DNA of 39,225 nt. Source: Candidatus Aenigmatarchaeota archaeon (GTDB taxonomy: Archaea > Aenigmatarchaeota > Aenigmatarchaeia > CG10238-14 > SpSt-28). The translations under genes and the position numbers were made by a program. This document shows, piece by piece, positions 34,183-39,225 of this stretch (the stretch's first letter is position 1; each line of letters begins with the position of its first letter). Under the pieces are notes generated by a model. It worked only from the letters and a program-made list of their open reading frames with translations. It did not search any database and was not told the DNA's origin. Location: assembly GCA_049976365.1 (NCBI GenBank), contig JBMFIJ010000002.1, positions 1 to 39,225 on the forward strand, in the 5' to 3' direction.

Positions 34183-36155
34183 GTAGAGAAAATATTTACG
34201 AAAAACTTTGCAATTTTTCTTATAGTTTGCTAAGGTTTAAATTTGATGAAAATTTTATTGAGAAAGAAAGAAGGATAATAAATTTTTGTAATCTCAATAT
34301 TCCCCCAACATCAAATATTTCTGCAGCTTTTACAATTTTTGTTGTATTTTTTGTTTTTTCATTTTTATTGGCTTTTCCTTTTGGATTCTCCTATTTCTTC
34401 TATTTTCTAATTCTTTCAATTTTTTTCTCGTTCTTAGTGTATTATTATCCTTATATTCTAATGCGATATATAAGGATTACATCCTCATCTGAAATGTTGC
34501 TTAGTGTAATTTATATGGTTATTTCTCTTTATAGAACTCCAAACTTAGAAAATGCTGTAGTTTTTGCGTATAAAAATTTGAAAGGTCCGCTCAAAAAAGA
34601 TTTTGAGATGATTATAAGAGATTTTAATCTTCGTAAAATTTTTACCTTTGAGGAAGGATTGAAGAGGATTATAGAGAAATGGAGTTTTGAAGCTAAAGAA
34701 TTTTCCGAATCTTTGAAATTGCTTATAGAATATTCAAGAAACCCTTATGGTGGAGAAAAAATGTTAGAAGAGTCTATTAGATTAGTAGTCGAAGAAAGCT
34801 ATGCTAAAATGACAAGATATGCAAGGGAACTAAAACTACCGACAACTGCAATTTTAGTTTTAGGTGTTATTCTTCCAGTAATAGGTTTAACACTTATTCC
34901 CCTTTTGACAATTTTCTTACCAGAAATATTGAATATTTCTGCAGTATTTTTTGTTTATGATTTCTTTTTACCATTGCTTTTATTTTCTTTAATATTAATG
35001 CTTGTTGAATCGAGACCTTTAACGGCTTCTTCTATTCGAATAGAATCCAACCCTATCTATATTAACTTTCTCGGGAGGAAGCTGAATATTTTTATAGTCT
35101 CCTTTCTAATATTTCTTCCAATTTTTTTGTTTTTAGTATCAAAAATATTTTCTGATGTAAGAACATATTATGCTTGTATCGAGTGGGGGAAAGCTGGGTT
35201 TGAGATTAGTAAAAAGCCAATACCAAACATTTCTATGGAAGAATGTAAGTTTTACATGAGTGATTTAATTTATCAATCTATTTCACCCTCTATCTTGTTA
35301 TTTCTTTTTGTATTATTCACTCTATTGCCACTTTATTTACGAAATAAAAAATACGTTGAAAAAAGAAAAAGAATAAAGGATGTTGAAAGTGAATTGGGTA
35401 CATTGCTATTCCAACTCTCTCATAGAGTAAGTGTTGGGGTTCCAATTGAAGAAGCAGTTTTTACTCTAGGCGAAAAGGCAAAAACTATGGAAGTAGAAAG
35501 TTTAATTAAAGATCTGAAAAGGAATGTTTCTGTTTCTGGAAGTTTGAAATATGCTATTTTTGGTGAGAATGGAGTTATTAGAAAATATAATTCTACAATT
35601 ATTTCATCTGTATTTGAAATAATAGTTGAGATTTCTGCCAAGGGTTCTCTCTATCTTTCAAAAGCTCTTTCTACATTTTCTAGGTATTTAAAAAACTTAT
35701 CAGATCTGCAAGAAAAAATAGAAGATTTAATTTCTGATAATGTTTCTACCATGAAGTTTATGGCATACTTTTTGATTCCTTTAGTAGGTGGTGTAAGCGT
35801 TTCAATAGGTTTAATAATATTGGGTATTTTGGGTAATCTTTCTATTGTTATGAGTCAAACTTTACCAAAAGAAGCAGGCGGAATACCTTCTATTAGTTTA
35901 CCATTAATAAATTTGTGGGGAGCATCCCCAGTTTCACCTTCTCTTTTTCAATTAGCAATAGGAATTTATGTTCTAGAATTGTGTTTAATTTCATCGTTTT
36001 TTATAGTTGGATTGGAAGAAGGATTTGATAGTATTAGTTTAATAAACGAAATGTCGAAGATAACAATCCTTTCTATCACAATATTTATACTTGTATCTCT
36101 TTTAATATATATTTCCCTTTCGGGAATAGCAATTTCGCTTTTTGAAATGGGATGA
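34143..36155 (+). CDS. FlaJ/ArlJ / TadC-type polytopic platform membrane protein
   Basis: 670 aa. Blocks of TM helices alternate with two cytoplasmic helical domains, the architecture typical of FlaJ/TadC. It lies immediately after the ATPase gene with a 40-nt overlap (Met at 34152 also possible). Confidence 0.8.
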   Translation: MVRMVKRENEVFVSRENIYEKLCNFSYSLLRFKFDENFIEKERRIINFCNLNIPPTSNISAAFTIFVVFFVFSFLLAFPFGFSYFFYFLILSIFFSFLVYYYPYILMRYIRITSSSEMLLSVIYMVISLYRTPNLENAVVFAYKNLKGPLKKDFEMIIRDFNLRKIFTFEEGLKRIIEKWSFEAKEFSESLKLLIEYSRNPYGGEKMLEESIRLVVEESYAKMTRYARELKLPTTAILVLGVILPVIGLTLIPLLTIFLPEILNISAVFFVYDFFLPLLLFSLILMLVESRPLTASSIRIESNPIYINFLGRKLNIFIVSFLIFLPIFLFLVSKIFSDVRTYYACIEWGKAGFEISKKPIPNISMEECKFYMSDLIYQSISPSILLFLFVLFTLLPLYLRNKKYVEKRKRIKDVESELGTLLFQLSHRVSVGVPIEEAVFTLGEKAKTMEVESLIKDLKRNVSVSGSLKYAIFGENGVIRKYNSTIISSVFEIIVEISAKGSLYLSKALSTFSRYLKNLSDLQEKIEDLISDNVSTMKFMAYFLIPLVGGVSVSIGLIILGILGNLSIVMSQTLPKEAGGIPSISLPLINLWGASPVSPSLFQLAIGIYVLELCLISSFFIVGLEEGFDSISLINEMSKITILSITIFILVSLLIYISLSGIAISLFEMG

Positions 36156-36158
36156 AAA

Positions 36159-36281
36159 ATGGAAGAGAGAACATCAAAAATCATCCTTTCAATAATAATC
36201 GGAGTAATAATTCTAATTTTTCTGATATTAATTGCAGTAAACTATCTTTGGAGGTTTCCAATAAAGGTGGTTATAAAATGA
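36159..36281 (+). CDS. Mini-ORF 1: 40-aa single-TM peptide
   Basis: MEERTSKIILSIIIGVIILIFLILIAVNYLWRFPIKVVIK. It starts 3 nt after the platform gene stop. Its TGA overlaps the next ATG (ATGA at 36278-36281). Confidence 0.5.
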   Translation: MEERTSKIILSIIIGVIILIFLILIAVNYLWRFPIKVVIK

Positions 36282-36454
36282 GAGGAATATCTCTTCCTTT
36301 TGATTTTCTTTATATAATCATATTTTTTCTTGCGATTGCTGTTGTGATAATAGGTATATTTGTTTTAATATCCTCTAATTTAAAGAAGGGTATAGAAAGT
36401 GGAACGATTTGGCAATGGATAGAGAATATGCTAAGAAAAGGGATGAAAGGATGA
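36278..36454 (+). CDS. Mini-ORF 2: 58-aa pilin-like peptide (MRG / hydrophobic helix)
   Basis: MRGISLPFDFLYIIIFFLAIAVVIIGIFVLISSNLKKGIESGTIWQWIENMLRKGMKG. It is preceded by aaaggtgg (36264-36271). The track ORF 36152-36454 adds an N-rich, low-complexity 42-aa extension that I consider unlikely. Confidence 0.6.
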   Translation: MRGISLPFDFLYIIIFFLAIAVVIIGIFVLISSNLKKGIESGTIWQWIENMLRKGMKG

Positions 36455-36645
36455 AGGCCACAATAGAATTGTCAATAAACTGGCTTGTTATTATCATACT
36501 ACTTTTACTTTCTACTATACTTGCTATAATCTTTTTAGGAATATTTTTTAAATCTTCTCCATTTGGAGCGACCGCTAAAGAAGTATGTTTGCTAACAATA
36601 GGTAAGCTTTTTGGCAAAGCGGAATTGTGTGAGGTTTTTATTTAG
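36451..36645 (+). CDS. Mini-ORF 3: 64-aa pilin-like peptide (MKA / TIELSINWLV...)
   Basis: MKATIELSINWLVIIILLLLSTILAIIFLGIFFKSSPFGATAKEVCLLTIGKLFGKAELCEVFI. There is an ATGA overlap with mini-ORF 2 at 36451-36454. Confidence 0.6.
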   Translation: MKATIELSINWLVIIILLLLSTILAIIFLGIFFKSSPFGATAKEVCLLTIGKLFGKAELCEVFI

Positions 36646-36661
36646 TAAATGTAATTAAAAT

Positions 36662-36817
36662 ATGGAGCTTCCAATTGATGTTTTAGTTTTGATAGCAATA
36701 GCCTTACTTATATTACTAATAGCTTACTTTTTTTATGTTAAAATAAAAGAATCAGGAACTTCCACTCTTTCAAACATCTTAAACATTCCAGATTTTCTAA
36801 AAAAGATGTTTGGGTGA
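36662..36817 (+). CDS. Mini-ORF 4: 51-aa single-TM peptide
   Basis: MELPIDVLVLIAIALLILLIAYFFYVKIKESGTSTLSNILNIPDFLKKMFG, starting 16 nt after mini-ORF 3. Confidence 0.5.
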   Translation: MELPIDVLVLIAIALLILLIAYFFYVKIKESGTSTLSNILNIPDFLKKMFG

Positions 36818-36821
36818 GATA

Positions 36822-36959
36822 TTGAGCGAAGATGAGTGGTGGTTAATACTAATGATAGTCCTCTTACTTATGGTGCTTTTTGTCGTAGGATTCATTTTAG
36901 TCAAAACCGATTGGATAGAAGCTATTTTAAGTTTTAAGTTGCCAAAGCCGTGGCGTTAA
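36822..36959 (+). CDS. Mini-ORF 5: ~45-aa single-TM peptide (TTG start, or ATG at 36852)
   Basis: (L)SEDEWWLILMIVLLLMVLFVVGFILVKTDWIEAILSFKLPKPWR. No upstream in-frame ATG exists, so the start is uncertain. Confidence 0.35.
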   Translation: MSEDEWWLILMIVLLLMVLFVVGFILVKTDWIEAILSFKLPKPWR

Positions 36960-36961
36960 GT

Positions 36962-37099
36962 ATGAAAGCAATACAGCTTTCAATAAAAACTTTAATTTTC
37001 CTTCTACTCTTTTTGATGTTACTTCTTCTTTCCATTTTCTTTGCTCTCTATTTAAGAGTAAGTTTTATTAATCTGCTAAAGCAATATATTTTCACTTAA
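36962..37099 (+). CDS. Mini-ORF 6: 45-aa pilin-like peptide (MKA / IQLSIKTLIF...)
   Basis: MKAIQLSIKTLIFLLLFLMLLLLSIFFALYLRVSFINLLKQYIFT. It starts 2 nt after mini-ORF 5. Its N-terminus resembles that of mini-ORF 3. Confidence 0.5.
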   Translation: MKAIQLSIKTLIFLLLFLMLLLLSIFFALYLRVSFINLLKQYIFT

Positions 37100-37111
37100 T
37101 AAAACATTCAA

Positions 37112-37372
37112 ATGGATGTAACGATTAAAACAGTTGCTATCATTTTCATTGCTATTGTCATTGTTATTAGTTTATATCTCTTCCTTTCCTCTTATCAAAA
37201 GAGTGCATCATCTATTTATAGCTCCCAGGAAGAGTTAAATAACGCTTGCTTAGAGCTTATTAAAAATGGTTGCGACGAAAAGACAGTTATTGTTAATTCA
37301 AAGAAGTTTGAAGAAATTTGCAAGGATAATGGCTTAAATTTAGTTGAATGCAAAAAACATTGTGGGTGTTAA
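37112..37372 (+). CDS. 86-aa protein: N-terminal hydrophobic helix plus Cys-rich (6 Cys) C-terminal domain
   Basis: MDVTIKTVAIIFIAIVIVISLYLFLSS... is followed by NNACLELIKNGCDEKTVIVNSKKFEEICKDNGLNLVECKKHCGC. Confidence 0.7.
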   Translation: MDVTIKTVAIIFIAIVIVISLYLFLSSYQKSASSIYSSQEELNNACLELIKNGCDEKTVIVNSKKFEEICKDNGLNLVECKKHCGC

Positions 37373-37388
37373 GGTGAACGAATTTACA

Positions 37389-39225
37389 ATGAGATTTTTG
37401 ATTATAGGAAGTATAATTACAATTTTAATAGGTTTTGGAATATGGTGGTTTTTCATTCATTCTAACTCCGATAGAATAGCTGAAGAAAATGCTATAAAGT
37501 TTGTTAAAGCTGTTGATGTAGCTTGTGAAACAGGTCAAAGCGAAGTATATTTTGAGTTGCAACAGCCTTTTGTTGCGTCTTTAAAAGAAAAGTTTGAAGA
37601 AGGAATAGATTGGATTAAGAAAAAGTTGGGGTTAGGAGGTCCAGAAATAAACATTCCTGTTCAGACTTTTAACGATCCTTATTACAAAATTTACTGGGAA
37701 TATTTCCCTCCAGAACCACCATATTATTTCGGTCAAGGCGTTTTAGAAACTGCAGCTTCTATTTTTGCTCCTTGGTCAGAGGATTTACCTTGGTCTTCCA
37801 ATTTCATGCTTACCCTTACTTTTGATAGTTTATTTTTAGGTTTAGATATTTTAGGAACAGAAGAAGTGAAGACCACTATATATTCTTATGGTAGAAAGGC
37901 GGCTAACAAGTTAATAAGTGGTTTAGAAGCAGTTTCACCTGAAACCTTTGAAAAAGCAAGAGTAATATGGAATGCTATAGAAAAGGGGACAGATGCTACG
38001 ATAGAAAAATTGGGTAAGGCGGAAAGAATTGTTGTAAAAGGCGGAAAGCTTGTTATAGAAGAAGGAAAGTTTGTAGGAAAAGTTACTGCAGCCTATACAG
38101 TTTTTTGTCTAATTACACAAGATAAAACTTTAGGTGAATGTTTAAAAGAGGGTGTTATTTTGGGAATAGGTATGGATGTAACTAAGATAGTAGTTCAAAA
38201 GTTTGTCTGGCCTAAAGTAAAAGAAAAAATTCTTGCAAAATGGACTCAAACAAAAAATAAGTTTTATATGAAGTTGGATGAGTTTAAAAGCATTTTCTCA
38301 TCTTCCGTTGACGAAGAAGCAGATGAAGTTATTTCTTCCTTGAAAGAAAGCGTAGGTGATAAAGGATGGAAATATGATGAATCTATGAAAAGGTTTGTTG
38401 CGTCGTCTAGCGACGAAGTAGCTAAAGAAAATGTTATAAATCCTCTTTGGAAGTATGCCGAATCTACAGGTTATCCCGATAAAATTGATGATTTCATAAT
38501 AGTATATGAGTTTGATAAGGAAGGAAATGTTGAAGGAATAAAAGATGTAATTTACGATCCCAAAAGTTTGAAACAGAGGATATCGGAAAGAATTACGTAT
38601 CCAGTTAAAGAAAAGCTAGGAAGGCTAGAAGAAAAGATAATGAGCGACAAAATGCTTAAATCAGACAAATTTTCTGAGATTGCTGAGTATTCTAAAGAGT
38701 ATTTTGAGGAAAATCCAGAAGAAGCAAAAAAACTTTTAGCTACTACCGGTGTTAAAGTAAAAGATGAAAATGAAGCTGTTAAAATTTTATCTACTAGATT
38801 TACGAGAATAGGGGAGGAAGCAAATAAAGACTTATTTTTTGTAGTAGTTGAAAAGAACTCTAAAATGGAAGAGTTAGTTGAAGCGATGGAAAGAGCGGAA
38901 GAATCTGGTCTAACACCTAGAGAAATTTGGATAGATTATCTTAAAGAAGCAGCTAACGATCCGAAAGAAGCAAAAAATCTATGGAATTTGTTGAATGGGA
39001 AAAGATTAAGAATTAAAGAAGATATAGAAATATTTTCAAGAGGAACATTTGGTTATATGATTTTAAGAATTCAAGATCTTTATACGCCGCTTGGTGCAAC
39101 ATATTGGGATAGATATTTCTCATATTATGGCTATCCTTCTTTAGAACCTCAAAGAGAAGGCTTTTGTAAAACTCAATGTGAAGATGGAAAAATATGCATT
39201 CAGCTAGGAGCTTGCGTGAGAGAAT
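37389..39225 (+). CDS. Large N-terminally anchored protein of unknown function (at least 612 aa, 3' end beyond window)
   Basis: I translated by hand an uninterrupted frame from ATG 37389 to the window edge. A GTG at 37374 is also in frame, and aaggtga precedes the ATG. It is absent from the ORF track because it has no stop. The N-terminal TM is MRFLIIGSIITILIGFGIWWFF. The rest is hydrophilic with scattered Cys, including CKTQCEDGKICIQLGAC at the edge. Confidence 0.8.
   Translation, partial: MRFLIIGSIITILIGFGIWWFFIHSNSDRIAEENAIKFVKAVDVACETGQSEVYFELQQPFVASLKEKFEEGIDWIKKKLGLGGPEINIPVQTFNDPYYKIYWEYFPPEPPYYFGQGVLETAASIFAPWSEDLPWSSNFMLTLTFDSLFLGLDILGTEEVKTTIYSYGRKAANKLISGLEAVSPETFEKARVIWNAIEKGTDATIEKLGKAERIVVKGGKLVIEEGKFVGKVTAAYTVFCLITQDKTLGECLKEGVILGIGMDVTKIVVQKFVWPKVKEKILAKWTQTKNKFYMKLDEFKSIFSSSVDEEADEVISSLKESVGDKGWKYDESMKRFVASSSDEVAKENVINPLWKYAESTGYPDKIDDFIIVYEFDKEGNVEGIKDVIYDPKSLKQRISERITYPVKEKLGRLEEKIMSDKMLKSDKFSEIAEYSKEYFEENPEEAKKLLATTGVKVKDENEAVKILSTRFTRIGEEANKDLFFVVVEKNSKMEELVEAMERAEESGLTPREIWIDYLKEAANDPKEAKNLWNLLNGKRLRIKEDIEIFSRGTFGYMILRIQDLYTPLGATYWDRYFSYYGYPSLEPQREGFCKTQCEDGKICIQLGACVRE

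Noticed and set aside
36152-36277. N-terminal 42-codon extension of track ORF 36152-36454 (MKNGRENIKNHPFNNNRSNNSNFSD...)
   Set aside because: The Asn-rich low-complexity stretch is the out-of-frame reading of the Ile/Leu-rich helix of mini-ORF 1 (36159-36281). The internal ATG 36278 has an upstream GGTGG and an ATGA junction. I cannot fully exclude the long form, because its ATG also overlaps the platform gene stop.
36375-36617. 80-aa - strand ORF, and the N-terminal extension of the 36409 ORF (MAMDREYAKKRDER)
   Set aside because: The - strand ORF is antisense to mini-ORFs 2 and 3. For the + ORF, the ATGA-coupled start at 36451 gives a pilin-like N-terminus, whereas the extension would bury it.
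1-39225. Search for CRISPR arrays, transposases/integrases, prophage or defence-island signatures, rRNA, and tRNA-3'-end duplications marking integration sites
   Set aside because: I saw no regularly spaced repeats other than the three at 9062-9117. There are no recombinase or transposase motifs and no partial tRNA copies. The window reads as core chromosome plus a pilus locus rather than a mobile or defence island.

Overview
This is a strongly AT-rich, very compact archaeal chromosomal segment. Many neighbouring genes share or overlap start and stop codons, and the only GC-rich islands are two tRNAs. Archaeal hallmarks are unambiguous: B-family DNA polymerase, proteasome beta subunit, aCPSF1/FttA, Hel308, Kae1, Bud32, a histone, RPA, RadA, an Hjc-like nuclease, uS15, eS1, diphthine synthase, Trm5, SecF/SecD and an intron-containing tRNA-Glu. 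The small gene sizes and reduced domain architectures suggest a small-genome (DPANN-like) archaeon, but that is inference only. Positions 1-29.8 kb are mostly information-processing and housekeeping genes. Positions 29.8-39.2 kb hold a type IV filament (pilus/archaellum superfamily) locus. Its + strand operon encodes an enlarged FlaI/PilB-type ATPase, a FlaJ/TadC-type platform protein, seven tightly packed mini-ORFs (40-86 aa, mostly below the ORF-track cut-off) and a large N-terminally anchored protein that runs off the window. A divergent - strand operon encodes two coiled-coil proteins and two paralogous membrane proteins. The four observations most worth follow-up are these. (1) A miniaturised DP1/B-subunit-like protein lacking phosphodiesterase motifs sits directly upstream of a PolB that carries an extra C-terminal C4 zinc ribbon, a eukaryote-like pairing. 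(2) The mini-ORF battery may encode ultra-short, Flp-like pilins. (3) The kae1 N-terminus is split across two frames at a CTT-TAA-A site. (4) A 546-bp AT-rich intergenic region with three phased ~20-bp direct repeats lies in front of the wHTH/DP1-like/PolB operon. No CRISPR array, transposase, integrase or rRNA was seen. All family assignments rest on motif recognition by eye and need profile searches to confirm.
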